From: Perkinsela sp. CCAP 1560/9 | Taxonomy: Eukaryota > Protista > Euglenozoa: Kinetoplastea | Length of the DNA stretch: 64,000 nt | Direction of reading: 5' to 3' | Assembly (NCBI GenBank): GCA_965644495.1 | Contig: CBFFSA010000006.1 | Location: 372,001-436,000 of the forward strand | Part shown: in pieces, positions 1-10,396 of the stretch | Layout of the letters: every line of letters begins with the position of its first letter | How positions within the stretch are numbered: position 1 is the first letter of the stretch | Position numbers and translations under genes: made by a program | The notes under the pieces: generated by a model | Database searches by the model: none | Seen by the model: the letters and a program-made list of their open reading frames with translations, nothing else | Told to the model about the DNA's origin: nothing

Positions 1-326
1 CACGTGGTTTGATTATTTGTCTGGATTTGACACAAGACGGAAATACGATAGGAGTCGGCATGGCCAGAATTTTTGTGTCACACGTACAGCAAATTCGTAA
101 ACGCCGTGGTCTCCGTATAGAAGATGAAATCGTGGTAGAATATTACACAACCTCTTCGCTGCTGAAAAACGTCTTTCGCGATTATGCTCATGTTGTAAAC
201 GGTACGATAAAAGTTCCGTGGGGCCCAGCCGTGCAAGGCAGCAACAAGGCTAAAATGATTGGATCAGAAGATCTCGCAATAGGAGACGAGGCCATAACAA
301 TTAGTCTGTATTGGCCCAGTAGATAA
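1..326 (+). CDS. Isoleucyl-tRNA synthetase, C-terminal end (5' part outside window)
   Basis: LDLTQD..IGVGMARIFVSHVQQIRKRRGLRIEDEIVVEY resembles the eukaryotic/archaeal IleRS C-terminal motif (LD..L..EG.ARE.V..IQ..RK..GL...D.I); frame is open from the window start. Confidence 0.75.
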   Translation, partial: RGLIICLDLTQDGNTIGVGMARIFVSHVQQIRKRRGLRIEDEIVVEYYTTSSLLKNVFRDYAHVVNGTIKVPWGPAVQGSNKAKMIGSEDLAIGDEAITISLYWPSR

Positions 327-932
327 GATGTTAGATAAAAGTAAATTTACTCATTGACTCAATTTTTTTACGTAACAAAAACTCTGCTTTCTGATATCAA
401 GGCGGGATGTGAGATTGCAAAGGTACGTAATTTCGATGCATTATAGTTTATGGTCCTTAAATTAGCGTGTTTTAGGCTCCTTACATTTAAACTTTGCTCA
501 CAGTTTATCTTTACTTTCTTAGCTCAATGACGAATAATTACAATACTGTCATTGTTATTATTTTGTTAAGCCTATCTTATTGGCCAGTTCTAGTACTTTT
601 TATTTTAGTGACTCAATACGGCTCTAATGCTGAACATCCACTCCTGAATACTAGTTCGTTACCTTACTTATGCTTCCAATTGTACGACATTGTGATTAAA
701 AGCATGTTTTGCATACCAAATACATGGAATGTCTAAGTAAACATTTATACCTGTAGGTGCACGTTCTGTACGACTACATACGAGTAAAAATGTTGTTAAG
801 CATCCCTCATTGTAATTAGAAAACATGTTCACTTAAGGGAATCAGGTCACATTTTTGTGGCAAATACCTCCGTACACAAATGTATACTGGGTATATAAAT
901 CTCTCGTTTTCTACTTAACTATTGTCCTGTGA

Positions 933-1154
933 ATGAGTGCTCTTTTTAACTTTGAAAGTCTTCTCTACGTAGTTCTTCTTACTATCTGCGCTTCAACGTA
1001 TGCAAAATCACTGCGAAACAGTCTTTTTGAGCGAGAATCTCCACATCTTTATCAAAGGTTTCTTTACAAATGCGCTATAGTAGGTGAAAGGCTAAGTCCA
1101 TGGGTCTCTTTAGGGTGTATCCTTATGGCCATAAGAGTCTTGTTTTACCGATAG
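933..1154 (+). CDS. Protein kish (TMEM167 family)
   Basis: 73 aa; MSALFNFESLLYVVLLTICASTY and IVGERLSPWVSLGC are the kish signature. Confidence 0.92.
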   Translation: MSALFNFESLLYVVLLTICASTYAKSLRNSLFERESPHLYQRFLYKCAIVGERLSPWVSLGCILMAIRVLFYR

Positions 1155-1411
1155 CAATACCATCGGTATTACTGATACTAAGTATCGGTCAGCTTTGCTG
1201 GCCAGTAACATCATTTTAAGGTGAGTTTCGGTCGTTCGGAAGCTTTTCTTTACCCTTTTCTTCACCGCACTTCAATTTGGGTAGTTGGATATGCAAGGAT
1301 ACTTTCATGAATAGTTTACTTATCCATAAGTCCAATATGAAACACAATTTGGACATTGTTTTGCGAAATGGAGAATACCACATAGAGATTCGATAGCTAT
1401 CTTTCACTTTA

Positions 1412-2545
1412 ATGTTGGGAAGAAATTCGAGCTCTTATGAACTACTGCCCTTGGAGTGGTATCTTCGAATCATCAACCGGTCGTTGCCTGAATGTTTTGG
1501 ATCTCTATTACGAATGAGACAACGCGTACAATCGGGCAACAAATCAATGAATCACTCATATATCAAGAGTTCGTTTCGACGCGAGAGCGATCTCAGCATG
1601 CGAATTGTACTGTGGTCGTTGGGAATATTTCGTTATCAACCGTACCTGCGCTGTATATTTATGCATAACACCCTGAAAGCCTATCGAGATGGAATAAATG
1701 ATGCTTTGGCAATTGCCTTACATCTCTTGTGGGATCTTTACAATGATAATACGAATTTAATTTCCCGGTGGGAGGCGACTTGTCGTTTAACGTTAGTACA
1801 CGAAAATAATATTTCCGTTTCCTTGGGCAATTCTGAGGACGGCAGTTCATTGGTTCCGACATCGACCTTTGAGCAAGTACATGTGTCCCCAAATATCAGT
1901 GATAGAGAGGATTCATGTAGAAGCGATGAGTATTCATGTGACGCGGAAGACACCCAATCGTCAGGGATTGTCCCTTCCGAATTACCTACGCGTGCGGAAT
2001 TATTCGACACTATTGATGTAACCTCATGTAAAAACGATAATAAATATGAAAGTCTTAAGAATACTGATGGCGTTCTCTTTGCTCTGATCTCTCTGCGACA
2101 CATCGCGTTTCGAAAGCTGTTTTCGATGGCACCGCAACCCAGTCTTTTTATCGCACCCTCGAATTGTCCATTTGCCGGGCTGGGGCTATTCCTATGTGGC
2201 AGCGTCGCGCCGAATACTTTCCTGGGAGATTACATCGGTGAGTCTATGCGGAGCGACGAAGCCCAATTCGTTTCTTACGCCCTCGAGCAGTCGGCGAACA
2301 ATATTGTAGATGCAACTCGTCTGCGGTGCTCTGCTTCAATGGCAAACGACTACCGTGATGGACGGCCGAATACGACACCGAACGCCCGCCTCTGTACGTC
2401 GAGTGCCAAGGCGACAACCACACTAAGAAGTACTCGATGGATTAAGGATGAAGAGATACTTATTAATTACGGGCCAGACGTCCGTCATTACCCAAAAAAA
2501 TGCATCGGAATCATTCAAAGAACACGAGGTGAAATCTTATTATGA
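1412..2545 (+). CDS. SET-domain protein (start uncertain; first ATG 1514)
   Basis: C-terminal SET motifs AGLGLF, FLGDYIGE, ASMAND, PNA, EEILINYG. Confidence 0.75.
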   Translation: MLGRNSSSYELLPLEWYLRIINRSLPECFGSLLRMRQRVQSGNKSMNHSYIKSSFRRESDLSMRIVLWSLGIFRYQPYLRCIFMHNTLKAYRDGINDALAIALHLLWDLYNDNTNLISRWEATCRLTLVHENNISVSLGNSEDGSSLVPTSTFEQVHVSPNISDREDSCRSDEYSCDAEDTQSSGIVPSELPTRAELFDTIDVTSCKNDNKYESLKNTDGVLFALISLRHIAFRKLFSMAPQPSLFIAPSNCPFAGLGLFLCGSVAPNTFLGDYIGESMRSDEAQFVSYALEQSANNIVDATRLRCSASMANDYRDGRPNTTPNARLCTSSAKATTTLRSTRWIKDEEILINYGPDVRHYPKKCIGIIQRTRGEILL

Positions 2546-3102
2546 TGCCTGAACTAGAGGAAAAGACAATACTATTAAAAAACTATGATAATGTGTTCTG
2601 ATCTGTTTTACTTCGGATTTATTTCTTATCCAAATGTTTTTATTCATGGTTTTACTTCTTGCATTGGTTTTTGGGGGTTGCGCTCCTACTTGATTCAAAT
2701 TAGTTTTTACGCTTGCCTTTGATTTGGTTACTTTTTTACTGAAGCGCCGTTTCTTGATTAGGTATGGCCGTTTTTTCTGCTCTCAGGGGCTTGGAAATGT
2801 AGGAAGTGGGGGATGAGTGGGGTTTACAAAAGAAATGTAGTATAACAAAGCAAGCTCTGCGTTGCCAAAAGCTTTCCAGCAATAGACGTACCCCCCTTAG
2901 TACACTTCATACCACCTGAGTGGTGGAAATTATCATTCGCTGAAACAAAACAAGTGATATATGCTTTCTATAGAAATGTCAGTACGTTTATTTATTCAAC
3001 TGCATCAAAGAAATATGTCTGTTATTACAGAAATATTAAAGAAATATCACTGTTATTATTCCTACGTATTATTCCTACTGCACTAAATATTCCTGTTTTA
3101 GT

Positions 3103-3294
3103 ATGGGGCGAAGTAACAACCAGAGGCGAAGAACGGCAAAAAGGACAGGACGTCCGTTGCTTCTCAAGAAAACGAAATCAAAGTGGAAGAAACTTGCCGC
3201 ACAAAGTTCCTCAGAAAAATTTAAAAATTCCCGTCTTCGTAAAGGGTATACCAAGAACGAGAAAGGACGCGTCAAAAAAAGGAAGTATACTTAG
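3103..3294 (+). CDS. Small highly basic protein (63 aa), function unknown
   Basis: ATG-started K/R-rich ORF on the gene-cluster strand, with an AG just upstream and a T-rich tract before it. Confidence 0.55.
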   Translation: MGRSNNQRRRTAKRTGRPLLLKKTKSKWKKLAAQSSSEKFKNSRLRKGYTKNEKGRVKKRKYT

Positions 3295-3605
3295 CTCCAT
3301 CCGCTGCATTCGCATAAAGCACCTCGGAAGATTCCATGACTCGAACTTCATAAATATCTTCCTTCGCCTGATGCTGTGACGGTCAATAGGGATTGGGGAA
3401 GTTTGAATGCGAACGCACAATTTTTCTGGTATTCCAGTGTTCTTACATAAAGTGTATGTGTTCATGACGTTGTTTTATGACCTAACTAGTAGGCGTTGTT
3501 TTACGGCATATTTGATATTTTATATGGTTTTTGTAGGTTCAAAGCTTTATAAATAATATTTTCTTATAATATTTTCCTATAATGTTTCCTATAATATTTC
3601 CTATA

Positions 3606-5145
3606 CTGTGACCCCCCCTTTAATAGAGACACCCCCTCAGACCCCCCTTTAATGGAGACAAAATTAGGGGAAGAATTTTTTGGATGGAGCTATTTTTTTT
3701 TTGGGGGGGGGGGGCGAAGTGGATAAGAAAATTTGGATTGTCCCTTAAAAAGAGAAGAAAAATTAGAATTCACTGAACATTCTATTTGTCGCTTCGTTAA
3801 ATGCGGTGGTTGTTTTCAAAATAGACTGCCGGGGAGGGAGCGGAGTTGAGGACGGCGCCTATTTCGTCCGACTGACAATTATGTAGGGAGGTGAATTCAC
3901 TATCTTTTCCCAGAACTGACAAATAAACAGGGGGTGGGCGGTGACAAATAGATGTATGTAGGGGGGTGACGATAGATGTACATAGTTGCTATATACAGCA
4001 TATATACTGCATAGATGTATCATAGTTGCTATATACAGTTGCTATATATAGTTGCTATATGTAGATGAACCCCTCCTACCCTGGAGCTGTTAATTATTGA
4101 CTTCCTCTTATAGGAGGATAAGTCAGATGTGTGCCCTCTATGGTTGAGATTACTCCTGTGTTGGCACAGATGCTTCGAGCATCAGCATTCGCACAGCGGA
4201 CCTAGGCTGGAACTAGGGGGCTGGAACTAGGCTGGAACTACTACTACTATATAGATAAGGGGTTGGGGGTATGATCTCGTGTGATCTCACGTGATCTCGC
4301 ATTAACTCGCGTGATCTCGTCTTGGGCCTAACCCGCAGCCCCTCAAATGTAGGGGGGATAAAATCCTTTGGAAGGCAGAGTGCGGAATTTCAACCGCGGC
4401 TCTCGAATATCCGTTGTTTCTTAATAGTCAGAGCGTCATGTAACCCCTGAAACCGCACTCTCGATGGCAAAGTGACCGCTCCAAGGAAAAAGAGCAAGTA
4501 TGCACCCATTTTACCAAAAATAAGAACCATTCTATTTTTTAACGTATAGTGGTTTCAATTGAACTTCCCCCCGGCGGAATTCGAACAAAAGCTTTTTTGT
4601 CCGTTTTTGCTCATTTTTGTTGCAAACGAGAGATCTCGTTTCGCTAGTGAAGCGCTTTGGCACCTTTTTTTCCCTAGTGCTCATATGGTGACCCGAAAAA
4701 CAGCCAAAACAAAATTCTTGATGAATACGAACCTTGGAAGGAAGTCTAAAACCATATGTTTCTGACCCAGGGGGTACCAGGGGGTCCCTACAAAAAAAGG
4801 GCAGCAAATCGCTTAACCAGGAAAACGAAATCTATCCAATGCTGCGAAAAAGAAGAAAAACTGATAAAAAAACTCAAAATTCCGCGGCGGGGAAGATATC
4901 TTGAAACCACTCTACTTTTGTTCCTCACCACGTTTTCGCATTAACACGACTTTTGTTGACACAACATTTGTCGCCTCGACTTTTGTTGAGATAACTTTTT
5001 AGCCCCCTGTAAGGAAAGGCTTCTGAAACTGAGGCGCCGCGAAGCGGCGCCGATTTTTTTTTCCTGTTTCGGATTTTCATTTCATCCCCCCCTTTAATAG
5101 AGACAAATGACGAAATTGTGTCTACATTAAAGGGGGGGGTCACAG
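3606..5145. mobile_element. Non-autonomous TIR element (Tc1/mariner-type, TA TSD), 1540 bp
   Basis: ~27-bp imperfect TIR ctgtgaccccccctttaatagagacac / gtgtctacattaaaggggggggtcacag; TA at 3604-05 and 5146-47; subterminal copies of cccccctttaat(a/g)gagaca; the flanking atatttcctata tandem repeat continues on both sides. Confidence 0.85.
3972..4066. repeat. Short tandem repeats inside the MITE (atagttgctatata-like)
   Basis: Direct repeats of catagttgctatatacag and tagatgta; ggctggaacta repeats (~4205-4241) and 10-bp gtgatctcgc-type repeats (~4270-4320) follow. Confidence 0.7.
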
Positions 5146-5215
5146 TAATATTTCCTATAACATTTCCTATAATATTTTTGACAGAGATTATCAGCATATT
5201 TGTTTCTACTATAAA

Positions 5216-5515
5216 ATGGTCTATACCAGTTGGAAGTGCGATCGTTACCTTATTTTCGCACCGAAATATCACGCGTCCTGGCAAGCCATGCCCATGATCG
5301 GCTACTTTGTAAGTGGTGTACTGGTGTGGAAATACTTCGCATTCAACACTGAGGAAACAGAAAGACGCAATGCGTGGTGGAGCGGATATCCCTGGTGGAG
5401 AGACCCCATAACATTGCGAAAGGAAGTGAAATACAAGCAAATGATTAGAGACAATGATGTGGATATATCCGAGGCAAAGTGGACGGGGGTAGAGAAAAGC
5501 AAACTGGTTCATTGA
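5216..5515 (+). CDS. Mitochondrial ATP synthase Fo subunit i/j-like (kinetoplastid type)
   Basis: MVYTSWKCDR...EETERRNAWWSGYPWWRDPI...KYKQMIRDNDVDISEAKWTG closely resembles the T. brucei ATP synthase subunit I recall (MVYTRWKCDR...GYPYWRDPI...VDITHPKWTG); one TM segment. Confidence 0.8.
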   Translation: MVYTSWKCDRYLIFAPKYHASWQAMPMIGYFVSGVLVWKYFAFNTEETERRNAWWSGYPWWRDPITLRKEVKYKQMIRDNDVDISEAKWTGVEKSKLVH

Positions 5516-5780
5516 ACCAGCCGCCATACTTTGACGGAACCGGAGGAGATGGTGGGTACGCTCAGGTGGGTAGGGTATTTGTAAAAAGGTGTGAAACAGA
5601 GACTGGAAGTTGGAAAACTCAATTACGATTTCGAAAACGCTATACACGCTGTATACAATTTTGCTAACGTTTACCAGGATGAAACAATTCTTGAAAACCT
5701 CCTTTTGGTTTCTTTGGAATTGGTTTCTTTAGTGTTGCAGCTTGTAAGAAAACATCACGCTTTTTATGTCTAGCTTAAAA

Positions 5781-5810
5781 TTTACTTTTCTCTTGTATTT
5801 TACATAAAGA
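5781..5810 (+). promoter_or_regulatory. Putative trans-splicing acceptor (polypyrimidine tract + AG) for RPL23
   Basis: tttacttttctcttgtattttacataaAG lies 1 nt before the ATG; consistent with SL trans-splicing. Confidence 0.45.
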
Positions 5811-6227
5811 ATGGTAGGCTGCAAAGGAGCCAAGGCGAACAAATTTCGTATCACACTGGGTCTCCCCGTTGGGGCGATTATGAACTGCAGTGACAATACG
5901 GGGGCGCGCAATCTATATATTATTGCCGTAAAGGGAATCCGTGGTCGGCTTAACAGACTGCCCGCCGCCGCAGTCGGCGACGTCGTATTGGCCACAGTAA
6001 AGAGCGGCAAACCGGAACTCCGCAAGAAAGTGCTCCCTGCGGTGGTCATACGGCAACGACAAAAGTGGAGACGGAAGGACGGCACCGTGATCTACTTTGA
6101 GGACAACGCAGGAGTGATTGTGAATCCGAAGGGGGAGATGAAGGGATCAGGTATTGCCGGGCCTGTGGCAAAGGAATGTGCTGATCTCTGGCCGAAGATC
6201 TCGACAAATGCACCTGCAATAGTGTAA
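5811..6227 (+). CDS. RPL23: 60S ribosomal protein L23 (uL14)
   Basis: [26 protein letters not shown]...[19 protein letters not shown] is canonical. Confidence 0.98.
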   Translation: MVGCKGAKANKFRITLGLPVGAIMNCSDNTGARNLYIIAVKGIRGRLNRLPAAAVGDVVLATVKSGKPELRKKVLPAVVIRQRQKWRRKDGTVIYFEDNAGVIVNPKGEMKGSGIAGPVAKECADLWPKISTNAPAIV

Positions 6228-6540
6228 TTATTGCAAGTAGAAAGTATCGAAGTAGTGAAAATTGCTCACCTAAATTAGCGCAAAAGGAAGGAGAAAGAAT
6301 AAAATGAAGGGAAGGAAGGGAAGGAACAGCAATACGTTCCATACTATACCAATACTATACCAGCATATCATTTACTGTATCGATATTTGAACACTGATTG
6401 CAAACTGTTTTGCAAATCGTGAATGAAGTCATCTAAAAAAATTCGGACTTGTCTTAGATCGTTACACGTATTACATTGCACAGAATACAATTTATTTCCC
6501 TTATTCTTGTTAAGGAGTTTTTGGAAAATTCTTTCACTAC

Positions 6541-7242
6541 ATGTCGAAATCTGTTTTAATTTACGGTGGTTGCGGAGCCCTAGGTAGGGCATGTGTAACA
6601 CACTTCGTCAGTAAGGGATGGAATACTATCAGCGCGGACATCCATGAAAATTCGGAAGCGTCTTCTAATGTTATTGTTCCTTCATTTCGTTTCGCTACAA
6701 CGAACACTGAGCTTGACGATTTCTTTTCTGCGATGCCTGAGCTTCATTGTATACTGAATGTGGCGGGAGGCTGGCAGGGTGGCAGTGCTGCCTCAAAGCA
6801 TTTGGTGCGCAATGTCGATTTGTCGTACACTCAGAGCGTTGTGAGTTCCACATACTGTACGGAAATAGCGGCACGTAAGCTCTTGGGAGGTGGGTTATTG
6901 TTGCTTCCCGGCGCCGCTGCGGCACTTCAGCCGACTCCGAAAATGTTAGGCTACGGGATGGGAAAAGCAGCAGTTCATCATCTCGTACGTAGCTTGGCCG
7001 AACCCGAATCCTGCGGACTGCGTGTAAACTGTTGCACGATCGGGTTGCTGCCTATTACCCTCGACACAGCGCAGAATCGTGCTTCGATGCCAAATGCAGA
7101 TTTCAATGAGTGGACACCCTTGAACGAGGTGGCATGGGTGGTGCAGCAGTGGGCGGCCGACCCTGAGACCCGTCCGCAAAGCGGTAGTCTGGCTGTATTT
7201 CGAACACGAGAGGGGCGAACTCGTGTGGCATATGAGCAGTAA
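6541..7242 (+). CDS. QDPR: Quinonoid dihydropteridine reductase
   Basis: VLIYGGCGALG, NVAGGWQGG, YGMGKAAVHHL, LPITLDT..NR..MP.ADF..WTP. Confidence 0.95.
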   Translation: MSKSVLIYGGCGALGRACVTHFVSKGWNTISADIHENSEASSNVIVPSFRFATTNTELDDFFSAMPELHCILNVAGGWQGGSAASKHLVRNVDLSYTQSVVSSTYCTEIAARKLLGGGLLLLPGAAAALQPTPKMLGYGMGKAAVHHLVRSLAEPESCGLRVNCCTIGLLPITLDTAQNRASMPNADFNEWTPLNEVAWVVQQWAADPETRPQSGSLAVFRTREGRTRVAYEQ

Positions 7243-7766
7243 AAAGCTTTACGCCGATCAATTTCTTTTCTTTTGATTCGCACTACGCAATCAGTGCAAG
7301 TACGCGCAATTCATAGATGATGGCCTACTCTTCTATTAATGTACACTACTTGGGCAATATGCTGGCGTGTGTAGAGGTGCTGATGGAGCCTTTTCTAGTT
7401 TTTGATACGCTTCGTATTGTTATATCGTATGCCATGCTATGTATTTATTTTAAATAAATACATAAATTAATACATAAATTAATACATAAATAAATTCTTT
7501 GTGTCCCTTGTCTAAAGGTCGTATGCTAAATCCATCGTTGCACCCTGAATGTAAAGTGAAGTTCAGTATTCATCTTATTCGGAATTTCATTTCCTCGTAA
7601 AAGCGTATTGTACATATTGTATATCAGTTTGTACCATTTACACCACTTACTCTTCTTTCGAATTTTAATAGGTTATTTATGAAGATATTTCTGTTCGAAA
7701 ATTCGTGTACGCACTTACTTACACCGTGCCGTTTCGCCAAAACCAGGGGCACTATAACTTATAATA

Positions 7767-8114
7767 CAGTGCGTGGTGTTACTACGGGACGGGTTAATTA
7801 CGGGACGGGTTAATTACGGGACGGGTTAATTACGGGACAATATGGGGGTCGGGTCATATATTTGGAATGGGACAAAAGAACTACAAGTGTAGCTCCCAAA
7901 TCACAGAGCGCGCAAGTTATCAAGCACACATAAAAATGTTTTTGTAAGATAAGGGAACGAAAAAGGAGACAAGTAAAGGAAGATAATGGAAAGAAAAAGG
8001 TATATTAGGGCCTTGAAAAAAAAGGAGAATTAAAGGACGGTTAATTACGGGACACTTTGGCCTTGATGGGGGGTGTCCCTTAATTAACCCGTCCCGTAAT
8101 AAGGCCCCGCACTG
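7767..8114. mobile_element. MITE, 348 bp, TA TSD, with 16-bp subterminal repeats
   Basis: Ends cagtgcg... / ...cgcactg with ~40-bp imperfect TIRs; TA at 7765-66 and 8115-16; ttaattacgggacggg x4 at the left end, with further copies near the right end. Confidence 0.85.
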
Positions 8115-8287
8115 TACGTGGTTTACAATAAGTGGGAGGAGCACACTACTATATATACTTTGATAAATTTTATAATTAAGCTGAAGCTACTGCATTTGTA
8201 GAGTACTTGCCCCACATGACCAGCTCTCTTATTTTTTGATGCACTTCGAAATCAACTATATCACCGTTTGTTGATCTATTTCGACTG

Positions 8288-8947
8288 ATGACGAATTATT
8301 CTGATGGGCGGTGGACCCCTGAGGAACTTGCCGTTTTGCAGACCGTATTTAGTGATGTATCACAAATTAAGCTGATGGATCTGGTCGAGGAAGCTAGAAT
8401 ACAACTCGTGCAGCAGCTTCGCTCGTATCGCGATCCAAAACGAATAAAGGCTTATTTTCTATTGTTCTCACGTCGCATGAAAAGAACTACGAGCTCGATC
8501 GTTTCTCAAGCACCCATACGAAATCGTCATGCTCCATCAATATATAGCGAGAAGGAAGAAACCGAATCCCCAAGGGATGAGATGAGCGTGGAAGCAGGCG
8601 TCAAATTTTCCATCTCTTCGCGCTCTGTGCCTGTGACTGCTGCGCGATCACGTCCCTGTTTGCTACATTGTAAATTAGGTCACGTTCTGCGACTTGATCG
8701 CATGGAAAGTGGGGAACTTGAAGTATATTTGAACCTTATTTACCAAGCATTGCTTAATCATAAAAGCAAAAGAGAAATCGGTACTGCGACAGTCGACGTG
8801 CTAGACGAAATTATGAGATTGTTCCCCGAGTTCTGTGTATATGCTGAAACACCTTACATTCTGAAGGAATTTCTGAAAAAAATGTGCAGGCAGATCGACA
8901 GAAATGGAAATGTTGGACTTGTTGATTTCGCATTTAGCAATTGTTAG
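8288..8947 (+). CDS. Hypothetical protein, possible N-terminal Myb/SANT-like helix
   Basis: 219-aa ATG ORF; GRWTPEELAVL resembles the start of a Myb repeat. Confidence 0.6.
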   Translation: MTNYSDGRWTPEELAVLQTVFSDVSQIKLMDLVEEARIQLVQQLRSYRDPKRIKAYFLLFSRRMKRTTSSIVSQAPIRNRHAPSIYSEKEETESPRDEMSVEAGVKFSISSRSVPVTAARSRPCLLHCKLGHVLRLDRMESGELEVYLNLIYQALLNHKSKREIGTATVDVLDEIMRLFPEFCVYAETPYILKEFLKKMCRQIDRNGNVGLVDFAFSNC

Positions 8948-9286
8948 GTGAAAACATTTTTGGGAACACGCTAATTATGAAAGTAGACACTACATGTGCA
9001 CTATGTGCACTATTTTTCTTGTGTTTCGATCTTATACTGTAGATCGAAAGATGGCATAGTTAACACTAGTTCACCTAGTACTAGTTCACTTAAAAAGTTG
9101 ATCGCGGCTCTCAACGTGCGTATAAACCTTTGAGTGTTCAAAGGCTTTTTTACAAGAAACATATGAAGGAAGAGATATTAATTAAACGTCAATTTTATGG
9201 TTCGGAAACGTTGGCTGCACTCTTGGTTCATGTACAACTATTTTAGAGCGCGTTGCTATGGTGAACTGAAAACTGTGGGATAATCT

Positions 9287-10162
9287 ATGGGTATCGCGTT
9301 TTCGCTTCCCCCTCGGGCCGCACGTTCATGTTCCAAGACTGGTGAATACAGCACGGGAGTGTCTCGCAGCACACAAACTTCTATGGATTCCACACGATCC
9401 GTTTCTCCCAAAGAAATACATTCAGTGGGCAAACCGTCTCACATCACGCGTAGCGATGTGACCACTGGCATCAAGTCAAATCAGCCTACTGGAAGCGAAC
9501 TTTGCCCCGCATTGGGGAACGGTCTGGGAATTCCCATCTCGAGTCCCACTATTTTTCACGCGAGTAGTGCAGCTACCCCATCCCAGGATCTTACAGTTCG
9601 CCAAAACGCTGCCTATGAGCGTGGCCGTCGAGATGGAATGGAACTTGCAACCGGTGAGGCACGAGCTCGAGGTAGTGGAGATCTGTGGCTAATGGGAGGT
9701 ACATGCATCTGCGTGCTGTGCACCATAGGGCTCATTTTCTTACGTAAAGCGCAACTTACGCTTCGTCAAATGGAACACATGCGTCAGGATTCTACCACGC
9801 TTCTTCACCTCAAGGAAAAGGAGCTCTCCACGGAACAGGCACAGATTCAACACCTGCAAGGAATGCATCGTGAGTATCTCGCGAGGTGTCAGAAACAGGT
9901 CGCTGTAATTTCTAGACTCCGCAAGCGGCAGCATGCCCTAGCTCGAATGCTTCGAAACCGTGAGGTGTCGGAAACGCTGCAACAAAAGAAACATAGGCAT
10001 GCTATCACATCTTTCTATGAAGAGAAAATAGGTATCGCAGATGCAAGCTTCAAGGAAAGGTTTGCTGAATATCAAGTTAAGGAAGCGCTAAATATGCTGG
10101 CAGGGGCTCTTATGTGCCTCTCCATGTGGATATCCTTTCAACTAGGACTGGCATGTGGCTAA
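9287..10162 (+). CDS. Hypothetical membrane protein with coiled coil
   Basis: 291 aa; two hydrophobic segments flank a Q/E/R-rich coiled-coil-like stretch. Confidence 0.65.
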   Translation: MGIAFSLPPRAARSCSKTGEYSTGVSRSTQTSMDSTRSVSPKEIHSVGKPSHITRSDVTTGIKSNQPTGSELCPALGNGLGIPISSPTIFHASSAATPSQDLTVRQNAAYERGRRDGMELATGEARARGSGDLWLMGGTCICVLCTIGLIFLRKAQLTLRQMEHMRQDSTTLLHLKEKELSTEQAQIQHLQGMHREYLARCQKQVAVISRLRKRQHALARMLRNREVSETLQQKKHRHAITSFYEEKIGIADASFKERFAEYQVKEALNMLAGALMCLSMWISFQLGLACG

Positions 10163-10396
10163 ACGTAACTAGTTTAAAGCAGCGGCGCACTATTTTTTAA
10201 TAGTCATGTCCTTGTACTTTGTAAGTACACGAAATTTTTACAAATTTGTATATAAAAAAAAGTTGTATATGATTCGTAGAAACCAAGGAAAATTGTACGT
10301 ATATTGGGCAGTGATTTTTTACGTTTTTTGAAATGGCGTCTAAATTCTAGTATTTCTTGGATCAATTTTTTTCTATACATACGAGTAAATCCGAAG

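Noticed and set aside
4925-5647. 240-aa minus-strand ORF and the many other short antisense or alternative-frame ORFs
   Set aside because: Shadows of real + strand genes or TE sequence, with no motifs and against the polycistron direction
7780-7840. CRISPR-like reading of the 16-bp repeats
   Set aside because: No spacers; the repeats are contiguous and lie inside MITE termini; eukaryotic context
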